Positions 11,950 through 25,091 of a stretch of 64,000 bases of DNA are shown piece after piece. The position numbers and the translations under genes were made by a program. The notes beneath the pieces were generated by a model. The model was given only the letters and a program-made list of their open reading frames with translations. It was not told where the DNA came from and made no database searches. Source of the stretch: Lama glama (taxonomy: Eukaryota); NCBI GenBank assembly GCA_028534125.1, contig CM052816.1:38194001-38258000 (forward strand), read 5' to 3'. The first letter of the stretch is position 1; the number at the start of each line of letters is the position of its first letter.

Positions 11950-13640
11950 TTTACTGCCACTATTATATTCAATCTTTGAACGCATCAGTATGTAATGATG
12001 CCACAATTTTTTCTTTGTCCAGCACTCCCTTCATGTTCTCATTTCCTTCTTATCTTGATTACTTTTCATTTCAAAACATCCTTTACATATACACTTCATT
12101 CTCCTACACCTCTCTTCCCTGACTGCACTCTGTCAGCAAAGCCAATTCTGGTTTAACCAGATTTTTCTCTGATTCCCTGCCTACGCCATATAGGAGAACA
12201 TGCAAGTAAGAGGACTATTTTCACTTTATTTTATGCTCCTCAATTTCAAATTGGTCCTCAGCACTAGCTGACAATACTAGTAGAGTTCCCCTGGAAATGT
12301 TGCATCTAAACAGAATACTTTTTAAATGTCTTTTCTTCTGTCATTAAGCTTTCAAATCCCTATCTACTTGTTTCTCTCAAATGATGACTTTGTTTCCTTA
12401 GAAAGTGAAAGTGATCGAAAGATATTATTTTCTTTTCTCGCCAAAAAGGGTACACCTATGTCCCTCTTTAAGCCGAATTTTTCTCTGGTTAAAACTGACC
12501 AACAGTCCTGTCTCCTAGTCTAAACTCTAACTTGTATTCCAGATCTGACTCCAATTAGTCTGAGCAGAAGCTTCTTTATCCTCCTAATGTTCACCTTTTA
12601 AAACTACTAACAATATTCTTACTCTGATGGATCATATGTGCTGTCCCCAGTTGCTATTTCACTTCTGTGCAGCCCTTTACAGAGGGCCTTTCTCAGTCTC
12701 GCCTCCTATTTTCTCTTAAACACATTCCAATTAGGTGTTTTTCCTCAGGACTCTTAAATTCACCCTGCAAGGTCACCAGTATTCAAAGTGCCAAATTCAA
12801 TGATACCTGGTCCTCATTTTAATAAATTTTCAGCAACTCGTCATGTTTTGTCTCCTTCCTTAGTAAAACATTTCCTGTTTGTCTTATAGCATACCACAAT
12901 CTCTTGGTTTTTCTCATATTTTAAATATTTGAGTGACCCAGGATTTAGTCTTGGTCTTCTGGTCTTCATCCCAGAACTCTGTGTGAATTCATTTTATCCA
13001 GCCCTGTTACTGTAAATAGTATCTATATGCTGATGACTGTTAAGTTAATAACTTCAGATCAGAATTCTCCCCTGAGCTCCAGACACACATATCCAATTTT
13101 CTACTCAAGGTCTCCTTTTCTATGACAGTTAAGTATCTCAAACTTAATGTAAAATAACTTGCAATCCCTACTTCAACTCCATTTCCCAAACTTGTTCCTC
13201 CTTATCTTATCCATTTCAGTTAATAATCTTTTCGTTTACTCAACTGCTCAATCCCAAACCCAGGACATGAGTTCTCTTTCATGTCCACATTTAATTCATT
13301 AGAGAGCTTTGCAACTCTCCTTTAATTCTTACCTTTTCCAGCCTTCATTTAGACCATTTTAAGGATCTTACATATAAATTATTGAAATCCTTGCTCAAAA
13401 GTCATCATTCAAAATGTCTATTCACTGTCCTTTCTATCCAATGTATTCCCTGCCATAAGTACTCTGTTTAATTGCCTTGTAATATTCAACACTATTTGAA
13501 ATTAGCTTAATCATTTTTTTTTAGTTTACTTGTTTATCTTCACCACCTCTAGCTTAAAGATCCATTAAAAAAAGCAAAGATCTTATCTTTTGTGTCAATA
13601 ATATATGTCAAGTGTTAATAACAACACCAGCAATGAATGA
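11950..13640 (+). mobile_element. Long degraded LINE-2 (RT region to 3' end)
   Basis: caaggtcaccag...gccaaattcaatg; relic YADD codons tatgctgatgac (~13026); ccctgagctccagacacacatatccaa; terminal atgaatga. Confidence 0.8.
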
Positions 13641-14589
13641 GTAAAGAGCTGTAGACAATCATAATGGATTGATCCGTAAAACAACTGTTACACGAATCAG
13701 AGATCTTAGCTATTATCAAGCCTTATCAATACTTTCAAGGACATAAGCTATCAAGAGATTCAGCCAAGCAGAGGTCTGGAATATTGATGCTGGCTCCCCA
13801 GATTCCCCATCCCTGCATTAGATATGCATATGCACTTTTTCGCCCAGTGTAGACAAAGTCACTAAATGAGTTTACATAGGTTATTAACCCACAATATGAG
13901 GAGAGGTTAGTTTAAAAAAAGCTTCATTTTATACTCTAGCTTAGATGAACTTTTCCAGGGAGCATGAGTCCTAAAATCACACATTCTAAGTGTATTGATG
14001 ACTATAAGCATATTAATGACTATAAGGACTTTGTTTAAACGAAGACTTCCTGATAAGAACATTTCATGGATAAAAACCCTCCTCTTTATAAATATTATTT
14101 GATTATTTACCTGGAGGTCCAGTAATCATGTTGGTAAGATTAGACTGACTTGTCTGTCTTATTTACTTTCCACTGGCATTGTACCCTAGGAGAAGTGGAT
14201 CACAATCCAGTTGCTTTGACTTCCTTCTTAGAAGACATGGCTAGTTCATAGGGAATGAGGATTTAATTAGAGGGTCAAGAGAGGTAAATAATTACCAGAT
14301 CATGAAGGGCATTGTACAGCAGGCTAAGGAGCTTAACGTTTATCCACTAAAAGGTTTTGAACAAGGAAATTATTTAATCAGATTAGGATTTTTTTTTTAA
14401 AAGAAAAAAGAGAGATCACTCAGAGCCTTCATGTCTGTTTTTTAGCCTTTAATCTCATCCCTCTGTGTCATGTTACCAAGGTCTCCGGGCATGCTCAACA
14501 CAACTGAGATCTAAGTGCATTCTGGTCTCAGTCCCAGGGAGGGAAAGATCACAGAGTAGAATGCTATAAATTGGTGAGGGTACTCCATC

Positions 14590-17160
14590 ACATTCAGAAA
14601 TTTTTCTTTTATTTTTAGTTTTCTAGGAGCTTTGTTTTATCATGAATGAGTACTGAATACTATGATATAAATTTTCTTTATATAAAAAGATCACCTGACT
14701 CTCTTTACCCTAACTCTGTAAATGTGAAGAGTGAAATCAATGTTTCAAATGGTAAATTAGTATCATGTTTCAGTAATAAAATTTAATTTGATTTGAGGCA
14801 TTTTCCTTTTCCTACATTGTTGAATTCAAATGACTTATTTTAAAAGACCTTTTGCATTTCTTTCCTGAAAGATATTGGCCTGTAATTTTTTGTTCTTATA
14901 CACTATTTTCAAGACTTGGGATCAAGGTTATGGCGGCCTTATAAAATTAATTATTAAATGTTTCTTCTTTTCTCCCCCCTAAATTAGCATTATTTCTTCA
15001 TTATTTGTGAATTCAGAGTCACCTGGATTTAGGATTATATGTTGGGAATACTGCACTGAAAAACTCATCTTTATTTATGTAGATGTCTTCTATTACGTAT
15101 TTCATAGCTTTTATAAGTATATGACTATATAAATTTCTTATTTCTGTTTAAGTCTGTTTCGGGAAGTTGAGTCTATCAAAGAGTTTTCTATTTCATCTAA
15201 ATTCTAGTTAATTGGTATAATTTTTTTTATAATCTATTTTCCTTCTTGATACCTATGAGTTCTGTAGTGATATCTCTTTGTCATTATAAGGGTTTATCAG
15301 TTTCATTAATTAAAAAAACCAGCTTTAGGCATTGTAGATTTTCTACATTGTGTATTTGTTTTCTGTTTTATTCATTTTCACTTATTTTTTAATTAGTTCT
15401 TATTTTTAATGTTCCCTTATATTCTGGAGAAAGGTGGTTTATTAGCTTTTTTAACTTACTAAGAAATAAATTTGGATCATTGATTTTTACCATTTCTGTT
15501 TCCAATAAAGCCACTTAACAATATATATTTCCTTGAAGTATGGTGTGAATTCATTTCACTAATTTTGATGTGTAATAATATGTGACTACGTTAAACATAT
15601 ATATGTATGTATCTATATACTATTCTTATATTATACATGTTTAGTTCTCATAATTTCTACTTTAACTCAAGTCATTTGAGTCATTATTTAATATCTAAAT
15701 ATTTGTGAATTTTCTACATATGTAGATTTTCTTATGTCTCAGTTTTCAACAATTTTAAACATTTACTATAAACAGCATACTATTTTTTAGAGGGCTAGCA
15801 GTATTTGCTTTTTTACTGGCATAGTTAGTACATCTGTATTTGTTGTAATTACTGGTTTTACTGCTATTGGTTTACTATTTGCTTTTTGCTTATCCTAGCT
15901 ATTCTGTGTTCTGTTTTTCTTCTATCTTGGCTTCTTTTGGTTTAAATTTTTTAATCTTTCTTATCTGTTAGATTTTAGTAATATATAGTTCATTATCCTT
16001 TCAGTGGTTAGCAAAGAGATTACAACCTATGTCCTTGACATATTAACATTTATTCTAAATTAGAACTTTCACCATTTCTAAAACATTGCAAAACCTTCGA
16101 GCATTTTACATATATCTACCACTTTTTTCAGGAAATAAATGGACTTGATTGTACATATATTTAAATTTCATGAGATGTTATTAAGACTTTTACAGTCTGC
16201 AAATATTTTTGGTTAACCTTCTTACGTGCCTTTTTTAAGGCTGTCTATCTGATTCTGTATTTTTATGCTTCTTTCTAGGAATATCTCCCTTCTTCCTGAA
16301 GTGTACTCATGGGCAACTTTTTTAGTACTAGTTGGTTGTGACAAATTCTCTCAATTAGTGCTCATCAGAAAATGTTTCTCTTTTATCTCAGTTTTGAAAG
16401 AATTTTTCACTCAACGCAGAATTCATTGCTAATGGTTATCTTCTTTCAGAACTCTGAATGGTACCTCACTTCCTTCTACTATTACTTTGTGGAAAAATTA
16501 TCTAGTCACTTTTTTCTATTGCATCTTTACAGCTAATTTGTGTTCTTTCCCTTTGGCTGCTGCTATGATTTTCTCTTCATGTTCAGTTTCCAGTCACTTT
16601 ATCACAAGGAACCTGGTTTTCTTCCTCCTATTTTACACTTACCAAGAGTGTAGCACACATAGGTTGCTTGCGTGTATGTCTACTTTTGTCCATGAATTCT
16701 ACATCTTTTCTATTCTTTTCTCTAGTTTCTATATTTTTTTTCTACCTTGCCTTAGCCTAGATAACTTTTACTGACATATGTTCCAGTCACTAATCATCTC
16801 TTTTCTTGTTTCTCCTGTTACAAAGCCCATGTATTGCTCACTAAATTTCACTGTTTCATTTTCCCAGTTCTTTTCTAAAACATTTAATTTTGTCATATAC
16901 TTTCTGAAATATATTCAATACCTTTATTTCAGTGCCATTACTGTATAACGTGATCTGTGTATTTACTACAGATCTGTTTTAAAATTTTTTCTTATTTTCT
17001 CCTTTTTTTTTCAGTCATGTCTTTCTGCCTCCTATTACATCTAATAATTTTGTTTGAATGTTGGACACTGTGTATAAAATATTATAGAGGCTCTGGATTA
17101 TGATATCCTCTTCCAGAAATAAACTGATTTTTATTCTATTAGAAAGTTAGAAGACAGGCA
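14590..17160 (-). mobile_element. Old fragmented LINE-1 (L1M-type)
   Basis: T-rich antisense L1 body (gatattggcctgtaatttttt; atcaaggttatggcggccttataaaa; gacaaattctctcaattagtg). Confidence 0.8.
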
Positions 17161-18737
17161 TTGTGATCAGTTTCTTATCTACTGTGAAGCTGTACCAACA
17201 CTTTCAAGGATGCAGGCAATCAAGAGGCTCAGTGAAACAGAGAGGCCTGGGATATTGGTGGTGACTCCCCAGATTCTTCATCCCTGCATTGGCATGCACT
17301 ATTTAAATTAAATTTTTAAAAAATGATTGTCCTTTTTAAGAAAGGCTTCTTTTGAGCTCTCTACTTGGAAAAGGTCTTCTCATGAATAACAATTTTTTAT
17401 CATAGCACTTAATATAACTCTAATGTAATAAATATTTTTACAACCATTTGTCTCTTCTGCTAGACCTCAAGCATCTTTATGGTATGCAGGATTCATTCCT
17501 TTCCTAACGGAGAATTCTACATCTTAGATTAACTTTATATATAAAACCCCTTTCTAAAGCAATCTATTCAACTAGATTAGCATTTAGAATATAGACATTC
17601 AACTACTGGTCTGTATGTCAGCACCAATTAAAGACTTTTCCCGGGACTAGAAATTACTCTGAAGAGAGAGAAGATGGACAGACACTGGCAGTAAAAATGC
17701 TCCTGAATAGAAATTTCTCTAGTGAGCAGAAGGCCAAGGATATAAAAGAGAGTATTTAAATGCATGTTGTCTTCACAAAGCTGAAATGTGGGCAGACAGC
17801 TTATTGCTGTTTTAATGGCACCTTGCAGAGATGAAATTAACATTTGATTTACACGAGTGTCCTTGGGCAGAGGCGATTGTGACTACTCATATCCACTGAT
17901 AGGAGCTGAATTAGTTTTAACCTCTCAAAGAAATAATCTAGAAGTAATAATGAAAAGCTAAATGCAGATGTCCACTTAATACACAGTGGTACTTCAAGCA
18001 GTAAGAAAGAGATTGAAGCATAATAGTATTTTATACCTATTAAATAGCTGTCCTTTAAGGAGTCAAATGAATTTATAACATTTTCAAAGGTGATAAACTA
18101 GTTACAGAATGAAACTTTATCATTTTGAAAGTAATCTATGACTTAGACAGAAATCATGAGACTACAAGTTATAAAACTGTGGGACCAGAAACTCATATGC
18201 CTTCCGGGGGATCACTAGGTTCTAAATATAAAGTAGTCAACATGACATTTTAAGAAGGGATAAGGATTGTGATGAACTGGAAAGTAAAAATCTTGCATAA
18301 AGGCAATCAAATTCATTGTTTTAAATTATTCTGCTAGTCAAATAAGATATGTATATAGATCAAACTAACCCATAGGCTACTGGTTTTTGATCTATGTCTC
18401 TAGTTCAACTTCTTTATGTATGAATCATGCAGTCTTTAGATAGGCGGGAAACTTGCCCAAGGTCACACAACAACTTACTAGCAGCCATAATAATAGTTTT
18501 TATTCTAAAAATATTAAGTTACTGAATATCCTTAGTCCAAAATAGTTATACATTTCTGTATTGCATGATCTTATTAAGATATACAATGAATATGGGAATA
18601 TTATCCTCCATGTTTATAAACAGAAACATTGATACTCTAAATTAAGTGAATTAATAGGTATATCCCAGGATACAGAATAACACATTTAATTAACTAAGCA
18701 CCAAATTCCACATGAAAAAACTCTCTAATAGAAAGCC

Positions 18738-19179
18738 TGAGTGGGTTCAATGGTGTTCCCTCAAAATTTATGTCTACTCAGAACCTCAGAATGTGATCTT
18801 ATTTGGAAACATGACCTTGGCAAATGTAGTCAATTAGGATGAAGTCATATTGGATTAGAGCAGACCCTAAATTCAAGGACTAGCATCCATACAACAAGAG
18901 GACAGACACATGGAGACAAAAAGGAGGAAGGCCATGTTACAATGGAAGCAGAGACTGGAGTGACGTAAGTCAACAAATATCAAAGTCTGCCAGTAACCAC
19001 CACAACCTAGAAGAGTCATGGGACAGGTTTTCACTCAGAGCCTCCAGTAGGAACCAACCCTGACGACATCTTGCTTACAGACTTATGGCCTCCTGGACCA
19101 TCACAGAAAAAAAAAATCCCATTATTCTAAGCTACCAGTTTGTGATACTTTGTTATGGTAGAACAGGGAAACTAACACA
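18738..19179 (+). mobile_element. MaLR solo LTR (MLT1B/C-like)
   Basis: tgagtgggttcaatggtgttccctcaaaatttatgtctac...gaacctcagaatgtgatcttatttggaaa...ggaaactaacaca. Confidence 0.9.
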
Positions 19180-21156
19180 TTGTGGAAAAACACAGTTTAT
19201 TTTACTAATAGAAGTACTGAATAAAAACATTGTATCAATAGCCTTAGTTAATTCAGGAATCTCAGAAATACATGTCAGAATGAAAAAGCAATATGGATTC
19301 AAAGACCACAAATTTACTTTTTCATCATATTAAATTTTTCTCTATGTTAAAAGAGTTATATTTTACATTGATTTCAAAACCATCTTCATTAATTTTAAGT
19401 TTGTAGTTCGAACACTATTTCCGGAGAAATACTGCTTACTAAAATAAAAGAAATGTTTGCATATTAAGCATCTTAAAAATTCTCACAATCTACAATCATG
19501 GTCTCGCTCCACTAGTGTGCACACATTGGTATGCTACCAAAGCAAAATCACATTTCCCTCTATTTTCAAACACTAAGAAGTTAGTCTAGTAGGAAGATAA
19601 AAGACTTAATGTGAAGGACAGCTAATAGAGTCTCCGTCAAGTCAAGTAAGAGGAACTCTGATTTCTGAAACTGAGGAATCCAAGCTCTGGATGAGCTGGC
19701 ATTCTTCCTATGTGCATTTCACCTGAAAATGGTGATATCTGCATGTAAAAACAGAAGCGATCCAGGAAAAGACAACATGTATTTAAAAAATGTGTAAAAA
19801 TATTTTCAGTGAAAGAGAAAAGGAAAACAGCTGAACACATATGATGGTGACTGAAATTGAATATATGAAGGGGGGCTGGAGGAAAGATCTTACTAAATCT
19901 TTCAATTAAAAGGGGAAATACTACCATTCAGTATGTGATTATAGCAATTTAAAAATATATAAAATAAATATTAAATTATTAATTATAGTTAGTAGACAAA
20001 TACACACATCAGGTTTTTTTAAATCTACAATGATACACTATTATTTGCAAAGCCCACATATAAAGTAAGTATTCTGATTACCAAATATACTATGAAATCA
20101 TGTTCACTCATTTATAAATCTTCAGCCTATATATATTGATCTTTTTAAATAACTGATTTGATTAAAAACAATCTGAATTTCAAAAACTGGACTCATTTTT
20201 GTTCAGGAAAGAGGAATTTCTATTTTAAATGTAGATTATCTAGTTTTTATGAGAGAGGTCACATTTTATATACAAAATAACTGCTATTATTATTAATACT
20301 CCAAACATGGACAGACTCCACCTTGGGAACAAATTCAAAACATGATTTGTAACTCACTTAGAACTATAAAGATTATTCATAGGATCCAACTTAATTCACA
20401 ATGCAGACAAAATATAGAATACATAACGGTATAAAAACTCCTAGAGTTACACTTTCTTGGGAAAAATCACTTCGTGTTTTTAGATGAAAAACTTGTCCCT
20501 TGCCCAAAGCAGTGTCCATGGTAGGTATTGCCCCTGGAAGACTTCCTTTCCTATTCTTACCCATATTAAAGTCTCCTCAAGTCTCTTGCTGTGTGCAGGG
20601 TCTGAGAAAAACTAGAATTAGGGCAGCTATCAGAATGGGGAATTGGGGGATTTGCTTAATAATAATTATTACTATAATTATAATAACAACAGTGACCTTT
20701 ATTAAACAAATAACTTCCCACACAGATCCTTTTACAATAAGTTATAAACCAATGTTATCAAAACATTAACCATCAGGGACATTCATTTTTTGGCTTTGGC
20801 CTAATGCTAGTACTTTTTATAGGATAAATGTTAATTCTAACATCGTACATCATTACTAGGTGATGCTTGAAATCATCATACTGGTTTGGCTACTTTCAGA
20901 TTTGTCCAATAATCCCTGAATAAGCATATGTCCTATGGCTTTATCTAGAATTTCAACTGGATGTAAAAGTTCAGATACTTGGTTGGTGGAAATATTGATT
21001 AAAATAGTCAATGAGCTATCTTAGCTGAGAGGATTATTTCAGAAAAAAATAAGGCGAATGACTATTTTGTATATTAAAAAAAAAAAACCCAAATAATCTT
21101 AAAGGACACTAGCCAAGTCTTGGAGGCTGTAAAATGTGATATTCCAGAAAAAAGTA

Positions 21157-21744
21157 TAGTGCCCTCACACTTATCCACGGTTTTGCTTTACAGTTTCAGT
21201 TACCTGAGGTCAACTGGAGCCTGAAAATATTAAATGAAAAATCCTAGAAAGGAACAATTCAGACGTTTTAAATTAGGTGCCTAGTAGTGTGATGAAATCA
21301 AGATCCTTCACTTCCTAGATCCACAACCATCTACATCATCTGCTCCTGACATCCAACCATGGGAACAGTCCTCGCTCCATCATCCAGGCTCACCGAAAGC
21401 AGATGATCTTCTTTCTGATGTATTGTCAGGTTAGTAGTAGCCTAACGCAACATCAGAACGCCTGCGTCATTCATCTCAGTTCATCTCATGTCATCATAAG
21501 AAGAAGAATGGTAAGTATGTACAGCAGGATATGTTAAGAGAGATAGAGAGACCACATTCACATAACTTTTATTACAGTATACTGTTATACTTGTTCTCTT
21601 TTATTATTAGTTACTGTTGTTAATCTCTTACTATGCCTGACTTATCATAGTATGTGTGTACAGGAAAAAACAGTATATATAGAGCTCAGTATTATCCATG
21701 GTTTCAGGCAACCACTGGGGGTCTGGGGTAAGGAGGAACTACTG
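21157..21744 (+). mobile_element. MER44/Tigger7-derived TcMar DNA transposon
   Basis: Degenerate terminal inverted repeats (tagtgccctcacacttatcc / ggtaaggaggaactactg) and MER44 internal motifs (gagagaccacattcacataacttttattacagtat). Confidence 0.85.
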
Positions 21745-23016
21745 TGTATCCTGTTAGGAAAATTCATATTTATATAATTTCATTATTTTAAATTTGAGAT
21801 TTCCAAGTTAAAAAAATATAATCCACTTCCCTTCTTTGCATATAATCCTGAACAAACTGCTGTTATGTCAACTATCTGTTTTCTCAAAACATCTTTTTCA
21901 GCCATCTTCTGCCACAGGCATCTAATAGATGATTGTGGAATCAAATCATTATAGCAGAATGAAAAGAAAAGAAGACAAACAAAAAATTTTAGTGAAATCT
22001 CTAGTGGGGCAATTATTTTAGTGGTCATGGGAGAGAACTGTGACATCAGATGTTCTCGAATGAAACCTAGGGTAAACTAATAAGTAACTATATGACTATA
22101 AGCAAATTCATTACCTAAGATCATTTCCCCTTTTTTAAGCAGAAAAAATAATACTATCTGTAGCTTCATTTAAGAAAAACTCAGATGATCCACGTTATAT
22201 TCTTAGAAGTACTCCTATTACATATTGCTAACTAGTGTATTACATGGTAAATGATTTTATTGAAGAGGAGAGTAAAAGATATTTCAATATTTCAAGTCTT
22301 AGTGCCATTAACACAGATATGGAAGTGTACGAGGATAAGTTTACTTTTTAGTGTTCTTAGTATATCTTAGAGGTGAAGCAAATGAGTAGAATCTATTGAG
22401 AGATAAAATTGGAAATTCAAAATTAAAGTTCAGCTGAAAGTACAGTAAAATATTAAACACCCATAGGGTGGAAGAATGAGCACTATACTAGAAATGAGAC
22501 AATTGCTCTGGTTGCGTTAATCATTTTTCGTTCTTGAACCACAATTTTTTTCAACCAAAAAAGAAAACTTTATAAACTAAATAATCTCTGAGATCTTTGT
22601 TAGCTTTAAAATTCCATGCTAATGTAGAGCTCTATAGCCATGTAAGAACAATATTCTATGCTTTGTAGGAATCTTCAAGCTTTTTAACTCAGTGAACTAT
22701 TTTACTTGTGCTAACAGCATAAAATTAACTTTAATATAATAACAGCAAAGGTGTGATTCACTGCAATTATATCTATGAAATTATTGCTTGGGGGACCAAA
22801 TCTTAAAAAATTAATGTCTTTGCCAAGAGGTTATAGAATTCAGTTCAAATTATTACTGTTGAACCAAAGTCTGTAGAGGCATCATCAAAATTAACTTAAT
22901 TAAAGAAAAGAAAAAAGATGGTTGGAATAAGTTTTGAGAAATAAATTACATTTGAGTTTTGGTGTTTTAAATGGTGAGTTACAGATATATTAGATTTTAG
23001 AAAATACTTCACTCAC

Positions 23017-23069
23017 ATTATCTTTAATGGGTCCAGGGCATTATAAGAATCTAGCTGCTTTCAAAGAAA
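23017..23069 (-). other. Candidate non-coding (5'-UTR) exon, 53 nt
   Basis: Strong acceptor ttcatctctttgtccttacag| and donor AAT|gtgagt; stops in all three frames; unique sequence. Confidence 0.45.
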
Positions 23070-23910
23070 CTGTAAGGACAAAGAGATGAATCCAAGTTTC
23101 ACATACTTAAAAGATAAATTTATTTCTCATCTCACTATGAAGGGGAAGATTTTTTTCCTTGTTTCATATAACTTTTTCTAATTAAAAAGAAAATTTTATT
23201 ACTGATAGTCTTGAAAACTCCAAAATAGAAATGGAGAACAAATCACTTGAGCCTATGACATTTAATATACTAATGATAACCGTTAGATAATTGAAACAGA
23301 ATGCAAACTTAAAGACATCTCATTTGATTTTAGATTTTTAAATTCATTTTGTCATTTATTCTCGAAATGATTAACTCAATTAATATCAAGGTTCACATAT
23401 GTTGTGTAATATTTATACTAAATAAGGTTTGATACAGAGGTGGAGAATCATTGAAAATAAGTGCAAATACTTACAAAATTAAACAATTTCAAATGTTGTT
23501 AAAATTTTATAGAAAATGTTCTAAAATCATTTTTTAAGCAAGCTGGTCAGGTATAATTTTGCATTGTATCCTAATACTGCGACAAAGTTGTATAAGGCCT
23601 CTAATTCTTATACGTTAATTCACTGACATTTTTGTGAATAGAATTTAAAACTCCAGCAAGAAAATTATTTCCTAAAGTATAAGCCACAATATACAAAAGG
23701 CCAATAGATTTTTCAGTGTGTTACTGAAAGCCTTTCTTATGTGATTAGGATCTTATGATTTATCAAATTGTCTATGTTTTTAATGGTAGTATGCTTCTTT
23801 GTTTTTGGTTTGTTTTTGTTTTTCCAGTTCACTTCGAGTACAATTGTTAGGAATAAGGAGTCACAGTATCATCACATACAGACAAAGAAGGTCAAAACCT
23901 CTTCCTTTCT

Positions 23911-24483
23911 AAACAACCTAAATGTCTATCAACAGATGACTGGATAAGGAAGTTGTGGTATATTTCTACAATGGAATACTATTCAGCCATATAAAAGAAT
24001 AAAATAATGCTATTTGCAGCAACATGAATGGACATGAAAATCCTCATTTCTAAGTGAAGTAACCAGAAAGATAAAGAAAAATACCATACGATATCACTCA
24101 TATGTGGAATCTTAAAAAAAAGAAAAAGAAAAAGAAAAAGAAAAAGAAAAAGAAAAAGAAAAAGAAAAAAGAGGACACTAATGAACTCATCTACAAAACA
24201 GACTCACAGATTATAGTAAACAATTTTATGGTTACTAGGGGGAAGGGATAAATTTGAGAGTTTGAAATTTGCAAATGTAAACCACTATATATAAAAATAG
24301 ATAAAAAACAGATTTCTTCTGTATAGCACAGGGAACTATATTCAGTATCTTATAATAACCTTAAATGAAAAAGAATATGAAAATGGATCTATAGATACAT
24401 ATATACATACACATGACTGGGACATTATGCTGTACACCAGAAATTGACACACTGTAAGTGACTATACTTCAATTAAAAAAAAA
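23911..24483 (+). mobile_element. 5'-truncated LINE-1 3' end, same family as 2591-3434
   Basis: Clear similarity to the 2591-3434 3' UTR; A tail; TSD TCTTCCTTTCT at 23900-23910 and 24484-24494. Confidence 0.95.
24122..24170 (+). repeat. (GAAAAA)8 microsatellite inside L1
   Basis: Direct reading. Confidence 0.95.
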
Positions 24484-25029
24484 TCTTCCTTTCTGTTTAT
24501 AATACAAAGAATGGTTTTCACCATTGCTAGTTTAAATCTACTTTTTATATGTTCTTATACAAAAACAAATTGATAAACACAACAAAAGAGCCAGAGCATG
24601 ATTTTCCAAAAGAATCAGTTCTAATGAATAGAAAAGGTACTAACACACACAAATTTAAATACATATACCCTTGTTATAATATAACACTAATACATTTACT
24701 TGTTCAATTCAATCTATGAATATTTAATGAGTGCTCAGGCAATGGGATTGGGATTGGGAACATGTGAAGTTGAATCAGTGATGAAACCTGCCTTGTGAAG
24801 CTAACACTCTAGTAGGGAAGAGAGACAAATGAATTAGAGATTACTGACCATTGTAATAAACTATATGATAAAATCAGACATACAATTAATTCAAAGAAGC
24901 CTCTTGGGAGTATAGTTTTAAATTGCCACAACTTATTTTGCATTTTCAATTTGGCTTAAACATTTCTACTATTTACTATTTAAGGTCATATATAAAAGCT
25001 ATAAAACTTTTGTTCATTTTTCTTACTGC

Positions 25030-25059
25030 AGTTTCTTTTCTTTTCTTTTCTTTTTTCCT

Positions 25060-25088
<29 letters not shown>
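25030..25088 (+). repeat. (TTTTC)n/(CT)n polypyrimidine tract
   Basis: Direct reading. Confidence 0.85.

Positions 25089-25091
<3 letters not shown>

Noticed and set aside
14111..14185. 75-nt minus-strand AG..GT segment
   Set aside because: Stops in all frames, moderate splice sites, among decayed repeats; likely a pseudo-exon.
16487..16774. Hydrophobic 95-aa ORF
   Set aside because: Arises from the T-rich antisense strand of an old L1.
17628..17700. Strong minus-strand acceptor (ccatcttctctctcttcag)
   Set aside because: No convincing donor downstream and early stops in all frames.
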